Sequence record: SRR22947727_1647
Reading direction: 5' to 3' (one strand)
DNA: 46,085 nucleotides
Positions 1 through 10,433 of the stretch are shown in pieces. Each line of letters starts with the position of its first letter. Within the stretch, counting starts at the first letter, position 1. The notes under the pieces are model-generated. The model was given only the letters and a program-made list of their open reading frames with translations, did not search any database and was not told the DNA's origin. The position numbers and the translations under genes were made by a program.

Positions 1-1
1 T

Positions 2-127
2 CAAAAACTGACATTTGAAGCCTATATGAATAAGAAGCTTGTGCAGGCGCGCCCGCTGGCACATGTGAAAATAGGCCTAAAAAACCTTGCCCATTTAACC
101 GGGCTTGTAGGAGCAAATCGCATATGA
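2..127 (+). CDS. bchP: geranylgeranyl reductase, C-terminal fragment (gene starts before window)
   Basis: Frame +2 reads QKLTFEAYMNKKLVQARPLAHVKIGLKNLAHLTGLVGANRI*, matching the recalled Rhodobacteraceae BchP C-terminus. Stop overlaps the idi start (ATGA), and bchP-idi is the known order in photosynthesis gene clusters. Not in the ORF track. Confidence 0.85.
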   Translation, partial: QKLTFEAYMNKKLVQARPLAHVKIGLKNLAHLTGLVGANRI

Positions 128-663
128 GCTTAATGATCCCGGCCTGGGTAAACGGCGTATTAACCCCCGTGGAAAAGCTAGAAGCCCATGAAAAAGGGCT
201 TAAACACAAAGCGATTTCGGTATTTATGATCTGCAACGGCAAGATCCTTATCCAAAGGCGGGCGTTGGAAAAATATCACACGCCCGGGTTATGGGCCAAT
301 ACGTGCTGCACGCATCCTTTGTGGAATGAGGCCCCAGAAGATTGCGCAATGCGGCGCATGAAAGAAGAACTGGCCATTGAAAATATTCAACTGATCTATC
401 GGGATCGTATCGAATATCGTGCAGATGTGGGCAATGGCTTGATCGAGCATGAGGTTGTAGATTTGTTTATAACCCATGTGGATGCGCCGCCCCCGATGGC
501 CGCAAACCCAGATGAGGTGATGGATCTGCGCTGGGTCGAATATCACGATCTTTTGGCAGAAGTTCAGCGCTGGCCCAGTCGGTTTACGCCCTGGCTGCGG
601 ATCTATCTAGATCAGCACTCGGATCGGATTTTTAGCCCCGATATGGTTCGGGCTATGGCCTAA
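124..663 (+). CDS. idi: isopentenyl-diphosphate delta-isomerase type 1
   Basis: EKLEAH..G..H.AISVF, QRRA..KY..PGLWANTCCTHP, EHE and FTPWL motifs. Confidence 0.95.
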   Translation: MSLMIPAWVNGVLTPVEKLEAHEKGLKHKAISVFMICNGKILIQRRALEKYHTPGLWANTCCTHPLWNEAPEDCAMRRMKEELAIENIQLIYRDRIEYRADVGNGLIEHEVVDLFITHVDAPPPMAANPDEVMDLRWVEYHDLLAEVQRWPSRFTPWLRIYLDQHSDRIFSPDMVRAMA

Positions 664-1375
664 GGCAAAATTGCGCCAATGTATCATAGGCCGGCATGGC
701 CTGATCGGCCAACGCCTTCAAATGATCCGGTAAATCCGGAAGAGGCTCTGCTTCTGCGGCGCTAAATCCAGTTGAGCGATGCACGGCCCCATACCAATGC
801 GCTGCCCAAACCCCATCGCATGACATACCGCCCGCTGGCCAGCTTAGCATAGCAGGGTCAAAGCCAAGCTCCAACGCGGCGCAAAGGCGGCGCAAGGCGC
901 GCTCTGGGTTTAATAAAATATCGGCGCTATCGATCACCAAAGGGGTTTGACCCTGCGCCCGAAGCCCCTCAAACAACGATTCTTGTTGTAAAAATCCTAG
1001 ATCCGCCAGCGTTGGATTTTCATATTTACGCGCAAAGCTGGCCACCACGCGCATTGGGTGCCGGATCAAAAACACATTCTCAACCTCGCGCATCCAATCG
1101 CGGGGAATTTCCGGAATCATATGCTGGGTCATATGCTTGTGATACATATGGCGATGCGGCGCGCCGATCGGCGCCAACAAGGCTTTCACCACCTCTGCCG
1201 GATCTTGGGCCTGGCTGGCCAAAATTTCTTTAACCATCGGATGCTTTAAACCCGACAACTTCAAATAGGCGGCGTAAAACGGCTCATCCACCGCCGAAAA
1301 ATCTACCCGATTGGCAAACGCATACATCAGCGCCGTTGATAAGTTGCGTGGCCCCGACCAGACAGCAAGCCGCAT
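653..1375 (-). CDS. sulfotransferase-like / P-loop family protein (partner of class IV aminotransferase)
   Basis: N-terminal WSGPRNLSTALM (5'-PSB/P-loop-like), DEPFY, FLIRHP....S (3'-PB-like) and WAAHWY..V..STGF; start overlaps the upstream stop (TGATG). Confidence 0.75.
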   Translation of the reverse strand: MRLAVWSGPRNLSTALMYAFANRVDFSAVDEPFYAAYLKLSGLKHPMVKEILASQAQDPAEVVKALLAPIGAPHRHMYHKHMTQHMIPEIPRDWMREVENVFLIRHPMRVVASFARKYENPTLADLGFLQQESLFEGLRAQGQTPLVIDSADILLNPERALRRLCAALELGFDPAMLSWPAGGMSCDGVWAAHWYGAVHRSTGFSAAEAEPLPDLPDHLKALADQAMPAYDTLAQFCLRP

Positions 1376-2283
1376 CAGGCGAATTCTTTCGATATTAAAT
1401 CTTTATAAAGGCTTCGTATTTTCTGCGTGACCGGCCCGATATTCCCGGTTCCTATCTGGCGTTTATCCACTTCGCTCACCGGTGTTTGGGCGCCAAACGT
1501 ACCCGTCAGAAACGCCTCATCCGCCCCGTAAACATCCACCAATGAAAAATTGCGCTGATGAACCGGAATAGTGTTATGCTGACAAATCTCAATCACCTTT
1601 TGCCGCGTGATACCATTCATGCAGTAATCACCCGTGCTGGTCCAAACTTCGCCCTTGCGCACGATAAAGAAATTGCAGGCATTGGTGGTGTTTACGAATC
1701 CATGCACATCCAACATCAGTGCTTCATCCGCCCCGGCTTTTTCCGCTGCAATACAAGCAAGAATGCAATTTAACTTGGAATGCGAGTTTAATTTTGGATC
1801 CTGTGTCATCGGCAAGCCGCGTAGATGCGGCACCGTGGCAAGGCGCACGGAGCGCGCCAATTTTGGCCGCGAATGCTCCATAATAATCACGAAAGTCGGC
1901 CCCGAGCGCGACAAAGACGGATGTTGAAAGGGGCGGTGTTTCACCCCGCGCGTGACCATCAACCGCGCATGGGCATCCGACTGCATGTGATTGGCTGATT
2001 GTGTCTCTAACAAGGCAGCTTTTACGCCTTGGCGATCTAATCCAATGTCAAGATCAATGGCTTTAGCCGCTTCAAATAACCGATCAAGATGCAGATCCAA
2101 ATAAGCCCAATGGCCATTGTAAAGCCGCAAGCCTTCCCAGATACCATCCCCCAACATAAATCCGCTATCATAGACGCTGACCACCGCCTGCGATTTTGGC
2201 ACAAGAGCGCCGTCAACATAGATCAAAATGTGATCATTGCGCGCATCCTCTTCGGCCTGATGCGTGGTTTGTGCGTCATCCAT
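1375..2283 (-). CDS. PLP-dependent class IV (D-amino-acid/branched-chain aminotransferase fold) enzyme
   Basis: VSVYDSGFMLGDGIWEGLR, HLDRL, ADEALML, GITR, ADEAFLTGT and IGPVT motifs. Confidence 0.9.
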   Translation of the reverse strand: MDDAQTTHQAEEDARNDHILIYVDGALVPKSQAVVSVYDSGFMLGDGIWEGLRLYNGHWAYLDLHLDRLFEAAKAIDLDIGLDRQGVKAALLETQSANHMQSDAHARLMVTRGVKHRPFQHPSLSRSGPTFVIIMEHSRPKLARSVRLATVPHLRGLPMTQDPKLNSHSKLNCILACIAAEKAGADEALMLDVHGFVNTTNACNFFIVRKGEVWTSTGDYCMNGITRQKVIEICQHNTIPVHQRNFSLVDVYGADEAFLTGTFGAQTPVSEVDKRQIGTGNIGPVTQKIRSLYKDLISKEFA

Positions 2284-4552
2284 GGCGCGATGCCCCCTCG
2301 CCTGCTTTGCAAGCTGCCAAAACAGCCATGTTCAGAATATCTGTTGCTGTGGAAACCGACGCGCATATTTGTATGGATTGATCCACGCCCGTAAGAATTG
2401 GTCCGATCACCGTGGCGCCAGCCATTTCCTGCATCAGTTTCACCGATATGCTTGCCGAATGGCGTGCTGGCACCACCAAGATGTTGGCTGGCCCAGTCAG
2501 CCGCGAAAACGGATAATGCGCCTGCGCTTGCGTATTCAGCGCCACATCAACGGTCATCTCGCCTTCATATTCGAAATCAACGCCGCGCGCATCCAGCACT
2601 TTCGGGGCTAAAGCAAGCTTTTCAGCCCGCTCTGATACGGGATAGCCAAATGTGGAAAAGCTCACAAATGCCACGCGCGGCTCTAGGCCGAAATCGCGGG
2701 CCACATCAGCGGCGCGTTCTGCAATATTTGCCAGATCCTCGGCTTCGGGCCATTCATGCACCAAAGTATCCGCGATCAAAACGATCCGACCCTTATGCAA
2801 CAGCGCCGTCACCCCCGCCGCCCCATGTTCGGCATCTGCGTCAAAAACATGGTTGAGCAGCCCCATCACATGCGCTGATTTGCGCGTTACCCCCGTCACC
2901 AAACCATCGCCATGGCCATGCGCCAGCATCAAAGCAGAGAAAACATGACGGTCGCGGGTTGCCAGGCGGTGAATATCGGCATTGTCAAAACCTTTGCGTT
3001 GCAAACGCTCGAACAAGAAGGATTTATACGCATCAAGATGCTCGGTATTAGCGGCATTCACAACGTCAAGCTCTTGCACGGCATCACCCATCCCGGCCGC
3101 ATCAAGCTTCGCCGCAACATCATGCTGGCGGCCCACCACCAACGCTTTACCAAACCCCGAGCGCTGATACATCACCGCGGCGCGCAACACCCGCGGATCA
3201 TCGCCCTCGGCAAAGATCATCCGAGCCTGCGCGACGCGCGCGCGCTCGGTTATTCCGCGCAAAATGCTGGCGGTTGGATCCATCCGGGTTTTCAGCGACA
3301 GCTCATAACCTTCCATATCGATAATCGGGCGCCGCGCGGCCCCGGTATCAATACCCGCTTTCGCCACTGCAGGCGGTATGCGATAAATAAGCCGCGGATC
3401 AAACGGAGTTGGAATGATATACTCCCGGCCAAAGGTTAATTTTTGTCCATAGGCCATCGCCACTTCATCAGGTACATCCTCGCGGGCCAGCGCGGCCAAA
3501 GCCTGCGCGCAGGCTATTTTCATTTCATCATTAATCGCGCGCGCATGGATGTCTAAAGCCCCGCGAAATAAATATGGAAACCCTAAAACATTATTCACCT
3601 GATTGGGGTAATCGCTGCGCCCTGTGGCAACGATCGCGTCTTTGCGCACGGCATGGGCCTCTTCCGGTGTGATTTCCGGATCCGGATTGGCCATCGCGAA
3701 AATCACCGGGTTTGGCGCCATTGATGCCAGCATTTGCGGTGTGACTGCGCCTTTCACCGAAACCCCCAAAAACACATCGGCATTTTGCATCACCTGATCA
3801 AGGCTGCGGCTTTCTGTTTTCACCGCATGGGCCGATTTCCACTGGTTCATCCCCTCGGTACGGCCTTGATAAATCACACCTTTGGAATCGCAGACAAAAC
3901 AATTTTGGTGCTTTGCACCCATCGATTTAAGCAATTCGATACAGGCAATTCCAGCCGCACCAGCGCCGTTTAAAACAATTTTGACATCTTCGATCTTCTT
4001 CTTGCTGATATGCAGGGCATTGATCAGGCCTGCGGCACAAATCACCGCGGTTCCATGCTGGTCATCATGGAAAACCGGGATATCCATTTCCTCTTTCAAG
4101 CGCTGTTCAATGATAAAACATTCCGGCGCCTTGATATCTTCGAGATTGATACCGCCAAAACTAGGGCCCATTAACTTCACCGCTTTGCAAAACGCATCGG
4201 GATCCTCTGTATCCAGCTCAATATCGATGCTGTTCACATCGGCGAACCGTTTGAACAGAACCGATTTACCTTCCATCACAGGTTTGCTGCCCAGCGCGCC
4301 AAGATTACCCAACCCCAAAACCGCCGTGCCATTTGAAATAACCGCAACCAAATTGCCTTTATTTGTATAATCATAGGCAAGCTCAGGGTTCTCGGCGATG
4401 GCTTCACAAGGCACCGCAACGCCAGGTGAATAGGCGAGCGATAAGTCACGTTGGGTCATCATCGGAACCGTGGCAGATACCTCCCATTTTCCCGGGGTTG
4501 GTTCGAGATGAAAGGCCAACGCCTCTTCCCGCGTGATTTTCATTTTCGCCAT
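2276..4552 (-). CDS. maeB: NADP-dependent malic enzyme with C-terminal phosphotransacetylase-like domain
   Basis: DLSLAYSPGVA, NGTAVLGLG, KPVMEGK, FHDDQHGT, GAGAAG and TGRSDYPNQVNN; 758 aa. Confidence 0.97.
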   Translation of the reverse strand: MAKMKITREEALAFHLEPTPGKWEVSATVPMMTQRDLSLAYSPGVAVPCEAIAENPELAYDYTNKGNLVAVISNGTAVLGLGNLGALGSKPVMEGKSVLFKRFADVNSIDIELDTEDPDAFCKAVKLMGPSFGGINLEDIKAPECFIIEQRLKEEMDIPVFHDDQHGTAVICAAGLINALHISKKKIEDVKIVLNGAGAAGIACIELLKSMGAKHQNCFVCDSKGVIYQGRTEGMNQWKSAHAVKTESRSLDQVMQNADVFLGVSVKGAVTPQMLASMAPNPVIFAMANPDPEITPEEAHAVRKDAIVATGRSDYPNQVNNVLGFPYLFRGALDIHARAINDEMKIACAQALAALAREDVPDEVAMAYGQKLTFGREYIIPTPFDPRLIYRIPPAVAKAGIDTGAARRPIIDMEGYELSLKTRMDPTASILRGITERARVAQARMIFAEGDDPRVLRAAVMYQRSGFGKALVVGRQHDVAAKLDAAGMGDAVQELDVVNAANTEHLDAYKSFLFERLQRKGFDNADIHRLATRDRHVFSALMLAHGHGDGLVTGVTRKSAHVMGLLNHVFDADAEHGAAGVTALLHKGRIVLIADTLVHEWPEAEDLANIAERAADVARDFGLEPRVAFVSFSTFGYPVSERAEKLALAPKVLDARGVDFEYEGEMTVDVALNTQAQAHYPFSRLTGPANILVVPARHSASISVKLMQEMAGATVIGPILTGVDQSIQICASVSTATDILNMAVLAACKAGEGASRHG

Positions 4553-4684
4553 TTTGCACCCTTTTGCGTATGAACCACAGTTATCATGCGTTTTTTAGCA
4601 CACATCAAGATCGTTTTCGGCTTTCCCCTCGCGCTGCCTAAAGATACGCTGGAGGGCAAGGTAAAACCCTAAGGAGACAAACCC

Positions 4685-7312
4685 GTGACGCCGATGATGG
4701 CCCAATATCTTGACATCAAGGCACAATATCCTGAGGCCCTGCTGTTTTATCGCATGGGTGACTTTTATGAGTTGTTTTTTGAAGATGCAGTGGCGGCTGC
4801 AGAAGCGCTGGATATTGCCCTCACCAAACGCGGCAAACATCTCAACGCGGATATTCCAATGTGCGGGGTGCCGCATCACGCCTCAGAAGGGTATTTGCTG
4901 ACGCTGATCCGAAAAGGCTTTCGTGTGGCGGTTTGCGAGCAGATGGAAAGCCCTGCCGAGGCAAAAAAGCGGGGCAGTAAATCGGTTGTAAAGCGCGACG
5001 TGGTGCGCCTTGTAACACCTGGAACACTAACCGAAGACAGCTTGCTTGAGGCGCGGCGGCATAATTTTCTGGCCTCATTTGCGCAGATACGCGATGCCTC
5101 AGCGCTGGCTTGGGTGGATATTTCTACTGGTGATTTTAGCGTCAGCACCCTGCCTTTGGTATTGCTGGGGCCCGAATTGGCGCGGCTGGCACCTTCAGAG
5201 GTACTTTTATCGGAAAAGTCTTTTCAAGATTTAGAAACTCTCATTGAGGAAAGCGGCGCGGCACCGACGCCGATCAGCGCCAGCAGTTTTGACAGCACAT
5301 CGGCAGAAAACCGGCTGCTCAAAACGTTTAAACTGGCCACGCTTGATTCGCATGGAGGGTTTTCAAGGGCGGAATTATCAGCCTTGGGTGCGATTGTTGA
5401 TTATCTAGACATCACGCAAAAAGGCAGCCTGCCGCTGTTGCAACCGCCAAAACGCCATATCAGCGCGAAAACCATGCAAATAGATGCCGCAACGCGGCGC
5501 AATCTTGAACTTACGCATGCGCTCTCAGGCACACGAAATGGCTCTTTATTGGCAACTATTGATCAAACATTAACCGCCGCTGGTGGTAGATTGCTTGAGC
5601 ACCGCATCGGCTCTCCTTCGCTTGATATTGACGTTTTGAACAATCGACAAAACGCCATTTCCGCGTTGATCGCGCATAGCCCAGTGCTGGATAAATTACG
5701 CGGGCATTTGCGCCATATTCCAGACGTGGCGCGGGCGCTCTCGCGGCTGGCCTTAAACCGCGGTGGACCAAGAGATTTAGGAAGCATCCGCAGCGCGCTG
5801 CACCAGGCCGAAGCGATCGCTGATGTGATGCAAACAAGCCCTTTATGCCCCGAATTAGAATCGGTTCACGAGAAACTGATGGGGCATGCCGGTTTAATCG
5901 AGCTGTTGTTAAAAGCATTGAACGAAGATCTCCCCTTGCTGTTGCGTGATGGGGGTTTCGTCGCCGCGGGTTTTGAGCCTGATTTGGACCATGCCCGGCA
6001 TTTGCGCGACGAAGGCCGCGGGGTGATTGCGCAGATGCAGGCCGAGTATAGTAGCTTGGCCGAAATCGCTTCGTTGAAAATCAAACATAATAACGTTTTG
6101 GGCTATTTCATCGAAACCACCACGACCCATGCAGATAAAATGCTGCGGCCGCCTTTGTCAGAAACCTTCATCCACCGGCAGACCACAGCCAACCAAGTGC
6201 GCTTTACCACCGTCAACCTGTCAGAGATTGAGACCAAAATTTTAAATGCCGGGGGGCAGGCAAGCGAGATTGAGGCCAAAATCTTCGCGCAGCTCTGCGC
6301 AGAGATTCTTGACCACTCAGAAAGCCTTTATGGATTGGCCACCGCTTTGGCAGAACTCGACGTGGCAGCAGCACTCGCACATCTTGCGCAGCAACAAAAT
6401 TGGGTGCGCCCTGTGGTGGATAACAGCCGGGCCTTCGCCATTGAAGGCGGGCGCCATCCGGTTGTGGAGCGCGCGTTAAGGTCCAGTGGCCAGCATTTTA
6501 TCGCCAATGATTGCGATCTATCTGACGGCGCGGTTCGCCTTTTAACCGGCCCAAATATGGCTGGTAAATCCACGTTTTTAAGACAAAATGCGCTGATTGC
6601 GGTCTTGGCACAGATGGGCAGTTTTGTGCCGGCAAGCAGCGCCCATATTGGGGTGGTCAGTCAATTGTTCAGCCGCGTCGGTGCATCTGATGATTTGGCG
6701 CGTGGGCGATCCACTTTTATGGTGGAAATGGTCGAAACCGCTACGATTTTAAATCAGGCCGATGCAAAAGCGCTGGTGATCTTAGATGAAATTGGCCGTG
6801 GCACGGCAACCTATGACGGGCTGTCCATCGCATGGGCAACGCTCGAGCATCTGCATGATGTGAACCAATCGCGGGCGCTATTCGCAACCCATTATCATGA
6901 GCTCACAGCCCTGTCCGGCAAATTAGACAGGGTTGAAAATGCCACCGTTGCGGTAAAAGAATGGCACGGCGATGTAATCTTTTTACACGAGGTACGCCAA
7001 GGGGCTGCAGATCGCTCTTACGGGGTGCAAGTGGCACAATTGGCAGGCCTTCCCTTAGTGGTGGTTGAGCGCGCGCGGGTGGTTTTGGACGCTTTGGAAA
7101 AAGGCGAGCGCGAAGCGGGAAGTACCGGCCGGCAAGCCGTTATTGACGACTTACCGTTGTTTTCGCGCAGCCCTGCAGCGCTGTCCTCCCCGCAAGCCAC
7201 CGTATCACCTGCTTTGGAAATGCTCGAGACGCTGCATCCAGATGAATTGACACCAAAAGAAGCGCTTCAAAAACTATATGAGTTAAAGGCCGCGGCAAAA
7301 CCAACAGGCTAA
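4685..7312 (+). CDS. mutS: DNA mismatch repair protein MutS
   Basis: [18 protein letters not shown], Walker [24 protein letters not shown] and SYGVQVA; GTG start. Confidence 0.98.
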   Translation: MTPMMAQYLDIKAQYPEALLFYRMGDFYELFFEDAVAAAEALDIALTKRGKHLNADIPMCGVPHHASEGYLLTLIRKGFRVAVCEQMESPAEAKKRGSKSVVKRDVVRLVTPGTLTEDSLLEARRHNFLASFAQIRDASALAWVDISTGDFSVSTLPLVLLGPELARLAPSEVLLSEKSFQDLETLIEESGAAPTPISASSFDSTSAENRLLKTFKLATLDSHGGFSRAELSALGAIVDYLDITQKGSLPLLQPPKRHISAKTMQIDAATRRNLELTHALSGTRNGSLLATIDQTLTAAGGRLLEHRIGSPSLDIDVLNNRQNAISALIAHSPVLDKLRGHLRHIPDVARALSRLALNRGGPRDLGSIRSALHQAEAIADVMQTSPLCPELESVHEKLMGHAGLIELLLKALNEDLPLLLRDGGFVAAGFEPDLDHARHLRDEGRGVIAQMQAEYSSLAEIASLKIKHNNVLGYFIETTTTHADKMLRPPLSETFIHRQTTANQVRFTTVNLSEIETKILNAGGQASEIEAKIFAQLCAEILDHSESLYGLATALAELDVAAALAHLAQQQNWVRPVVDNSRAFAIEGGRHPVVERALRSSGQHFIANDCDLSDGAVRLLTGPNMAGKSTFLRQNALIAVLAQMGSFVPASSAHIGVVSQLFSRVGASDDLARGRSTFMVEMVETATILNQADAKALVILDEIGRGTATYDGLSIAWATLEHLHDVNQSRALFATHYHELTALSGKLDRVENATVAVKEWHGDVIFLHEVRQGAADRSYGVQVAQLAGLPLVVVERARVVLDALEKGEREAGSTGRQAVIDDLPLFSRSPAALSSPQATVSPALEMLETLHPDELTPKEALQKLYELKAAAKPTG

Positions 7313-7336
7313 TGGCTTTGCCGCCGGCACACCGCT

Positions 7337-7924
7337 TTAAGATGCAGGGGTCGAGGAAACACCAACCTGCGAGGGACGTAGCAACCGATCATGCAACATG
7401 AAGCCTTCTGCGGATACCTGAATAATATCACCGGCTTTTGTGCCCGGAAGTGGAGCTTCAAACATGGCTTGGTGCAGCTGCGGATCAAAGCGATCGCCAA
7501 CTTGCGGTGAAATAGGCTGAATGCCGTGCTTTTTAAAGACGTTCAACAATTCCCGCATCGTCAACTCAACGCCTTCGATCAGCGCCGCCGCGGCCTCTTT
7601 TTGCTCGTCACCCGCGGCTTCAACCGCCCGTTTCATATTGTCATAAACGGGCAGTAAATCACGTGCCATTTTCGAACCACCGTAATTTTCGGCCTCGCGG
7701 CGATCTTTGTCAGCCCGTTTGCGCGAATTTTCGGCATCCGCCAAGGCGCGCATGAAACGGTCGCGATACTCATCCCGCTCAGCGGTTACAGCGGCCAATT
7801 CATCAACCTCATCGGTTTGCGCATCCTCTTGAGTTATATCGATCAGATCTTCCTCAAGCGCATCCTCTGCCTCTTGCATTTGATCAATATCATCCAAAAA
7901 TTCTTCTGCTTTTGGCTCTTCCAT
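7337..7924 (-). CDS. grpE: nucleotide exchange factor GrpE
   Basis: RALADAENSRKR, DLLPVYDN, FDPQLHQAM and RLLRPSQV. Confidence 0.96.
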   Translation of the reverse strand: MEEPKAEEFLDDIDQMQEAEDALEEDLIDITQEDAQTDEVDELAAVTAERDEYRDRFMRALADAENSRKRADKDRREAENYGGSKMARDLLPVYDNMKRAVEAAGDEQKEAAAALIEGVELTMRELLNVFKKHGIQPISPQVGDRFDPQLHQAMFEAPLPGTKAGDIIQVSAEGFMLHDRLLRPSQVGVSSTPAS

Positions 7925-7927
7925 AAC

Positions 7928-8995
7928 TTACCTTTCAATGCGGTCGGAAATAAGCTTGCCCACCAATTGCGCGGTATAATCAACCAGCGGCACAATCCGA
8001 CCATAATTCAAACGCGTTGGTCCAATCACTCCGATGGCCCCAACAATTTTACGCTCTGAGTTCATATAGGGAGAAACAACCAAAGAGGAACCCGTAAGTG
8101 AAAAAAGTTTGTTCTCTGAGCCAATAAAAATGCGCACACCATCGCCTTGCTCGGTCAGTTCAAGAAATTCTGCGATATCGCGCTTGCGTTCCAAGTCATC
8201 AAACAGGTTCCGGATACGCTCCAAATCCTCTTCATGCGCCTCTGATTCCAGCAAGTTGCCACGGCCACGCACGATCAAGCGTTCATTATCATCGCCTTGA
8301 GTTTGCCAAACCGCCAAGCCTTGCGTCACCAATTCTTGCGCCAAACTGTCAATTTCTTGCCGCCTTAAATCAACATCATCTTGAATGGTCGAAAGCAATT
8401 CGCTTAACGTGCGCCCTTCAAGAACCGCATTTAAGAAATTTGCCGCTTCGCGCATCGCACTGGGTGTTTGCCCGACCGGCGGCGTGAACAGGCGGTTTTC
8501 AACATCACCATTGGAATAAACAAGAACAACCAAAGCCTGATCGGGGGATAATGACACGAACTCAATATGCTTTATCGGCTGTTCCTGCTTTGGCGTTAAT
8601 ACCAAAGAGGCGCCATGGGTTAATGCCGAAAGCGTTGATCCCACGCGATCCAACACGCTGCTGACATCTTGACTGTTGCGATCAACGGTTTGATCCAGCT
8701 TCAGCTGATCTTCCTTGCTAAGCTGATCCACTTCCAACAAACCATCCACAAACATGCGCAGCCCCAATTGCGTGGGCACCCGCCCCGCACTGATATGCGG
8801 GCTATCAAGCAAGCCTAAAAATTCAAGATCCTGCATCACATTACGCACAGTGGCCGCGCTGACCTTTTCATTTAAGGTGCGGGTAAGCGTGCGCGATCCA
8901 ACCGGGCCGCCACTTTCTAAATAGCCCTCGACCAACCTGCGAAAAATTTCCCGCGACCGTTCATTCATATCGTTTAAAAGATCTGGGCTGGCCAT
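7928..8995 (-). CDS. hrcA: heat-inducible transcription repressor HrcA
   Basis: [30 protein letters not shown] and [11 protein letters not shown]. Confidence 0.97.
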   Translation of the reverse strand: MASPDLLNDMNERSREIFRRLVEGYLESGGPVGSRTLTRTLNEKVSAATVRNVMQDLEFLGLLDSPHISAGRVPTQLGLRMFVDGLLEVDQLSKEDQLKLDQTVDRNSQDVSSVLDRVGSTLSALTHGASLVLTPKQEQPIKHIEFVSLSPDQALVVLVYSNGDVENRLFTPPVGQTPSAMREAANFLNAVLEGRTLSELLSTIQDDVDLRRQEIDSLAQELVTQGLAVWQTQGDDNERLIVRGRGNLLESEAHEEDLERIRNLFDDLERKRDIAEFLELTEQGDGVRIFIGSENKLFSLTGSSLVVSPYMNSERKIVGAIGVIGPTRLNYGRIVPLVDYTAQLVGKLISDRIER

Positions 8996-9108
8996 ATCGC
9001 CGTATCCTTTTTAAATCTCTAAAAGCACCGCCCAGATCAAAACTATCGGGGTTGCGTCTCTATATCAGCCGCTTGTATGCATCAGTGCAACAGAGAAAGG
9101 TTTATAAC

Positions 9109-9822
9109 ATGCGTCCCTCAGGAAGAAAATTAAATGAAATGCGTTCGGTGAAAATTGAAACCGAGGTGACCAAACACGCCGAAGGATCCTGTCTGATCAA
9201 AATGGGCGACACGCATGTTCTGTGTACAGCCACCATTGAAGATCGGGTACCCTCCTTCATCAAGGGATCCGGGCTTGGCTGGGTAACGGCGGAATATGGC
9301 ATGCTGCCAAGATCAACCAGCTCGCGCATGCGCCGCGAATCAACCGCTGGTAAACAAGGTGGTCGGACCGTAGAAATTCAACGCCTGATCGGGCGGTCCC
9401 TGCGGGCGGGGGTTGATCGTTTGGCATTGGGCGAACGCCAAATTACCGTGGATTGCGATGTGATTCAGGCCGATGGTGGCACAAGATGCGCCTCCATCAC
9501 CGGTGGCTGGGTTGCGTTAAAGCTGGCAATCAACAAATTGTTAAAAACTGGCGTGGTGCTTTCAGACCCGTTAATTTCACCCGTGGCTGCGATCAGCTGC
9601 GGCATATATGCAGGTCAAGCCGTGCTTGATTTGGATTATCCTGAAGACAGTGAAGCCGGCGTAGATGGAAATTTCATCATGTTGGCAAATGGCCAAATGA
9701 TTGAAACCCAGATGAGCGCTGAGGGCGCTACTTACTCGCGCGCGCAAATGAACCAATTGTTGGATTTGGCAGAAGCCGGCGTGGCCTCATTGGTGGAAGC
9801 GCAGCTTAAGGCCGTTGGATGA
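9109..9822 (+). CDS. rph: ribonuclease PH
   Basis: MRPSGR start after an [36 protein letters not shown] and QADGGTR. Start set at 9109 rather than the track's 9052. Confidence 0.97.
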   Translation: MRPSGRKLNEMRSVKIETEVTKHAEGSCLIKMGDTHVLCTATIEDRVPSFIKGSGLGWVTAEYGMLPRSTSSRMRRESTAGKQGGRTVEIQRLIGRSLRAGVDRLALGERQITVDCDVIQADGGTRCASITGGWVALKLAINKLLKTGVVLSDPLISPVAAISCGIYAGQAVLDLDYPEDSEAGVDGNFIMLANGQMIETQMSAEGATYSRAQMNQLLDLAEAGVASLVEAQLKAVG

Positions 9823-10433
9823 GCCGCTTATTTCAAGAAGATCGCTTAATATTGGCCACCCATAACCAAGGCAAACTTGAAGAAATCACCGCTTTGCTTG
9901 CACCATTTGATGTCAAGGTGGTTGGGGCCGGCAGTTTAAACCTGCCTGAACCAGAGGAAACCGAATCCAGCTTTGTTGGCAATGCCCGTATCAAAGCCCA
10001 TGCTGCGGCAAAAGCGACGGGATCACCCGCGCTGGCCGATGATAGCGGCATTGAAATCGCTGCCCTAAATGGTGCTCCTGGGGTTTATACCGCGGATTGG
10101 GCGGAAACTCCCAAAGGGCGTGATTTTAAAATGGCAATGGAAAAGGCACATTTCGAGCTTGAAAAAATAAACGCGCCTGCCCCGCGCATCGCTCAATTTT
10201 GTTGCACTTTGGTGCTGGCCTGGCCCGACGGGACCGATGCGGTGTTTGAGGGGATTATGCCTGGCCAAGTGATATGGCCAATGCGCGGAGACCAAGGCCA
10301 TGGCTATGATCCAATTTTTCAACCTGACGGTTATAACGTCACCTTCGCAGAAATGGACCGTTGGGAAAAAAACCGTATCAGCCACCGCGCCAGAGCCTTT
10401 GAAAAACTGATACGAGAATGCTTTGGTGGATGA
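9819..10433 (+). CDS. rdgB: non-canonical purine NTP pyrophosphatase (RdgB/HAM1)
   Basis: [21 protein letters not shown] and [11 protein letters not shown] overlap with rph. Confidence 0.95.
   Translation: MSRLFQEDRLILATHNQGKLEEITALLAPFDVKVVGAGSLNLPEPEETESSFVGNARIKAHAAAKATGSPALADDSGIEIAALNGAPGVYTADWAETPKGRDFKMAMEKAHFELEKINAPAPRIAQFCCTLVLAWPDGTDAVFEGIMPGQVIWPMRGDQGHGYDPIFQPDGYNVTFAEMDRWEKNRISHRARAFEKLIRECFGG

Noticed and set aside
8996..9108. CIRCE element upstream of hrcA
   Set aside because: No TTAGCACTC-N9-GAGTGCTAA match seen.
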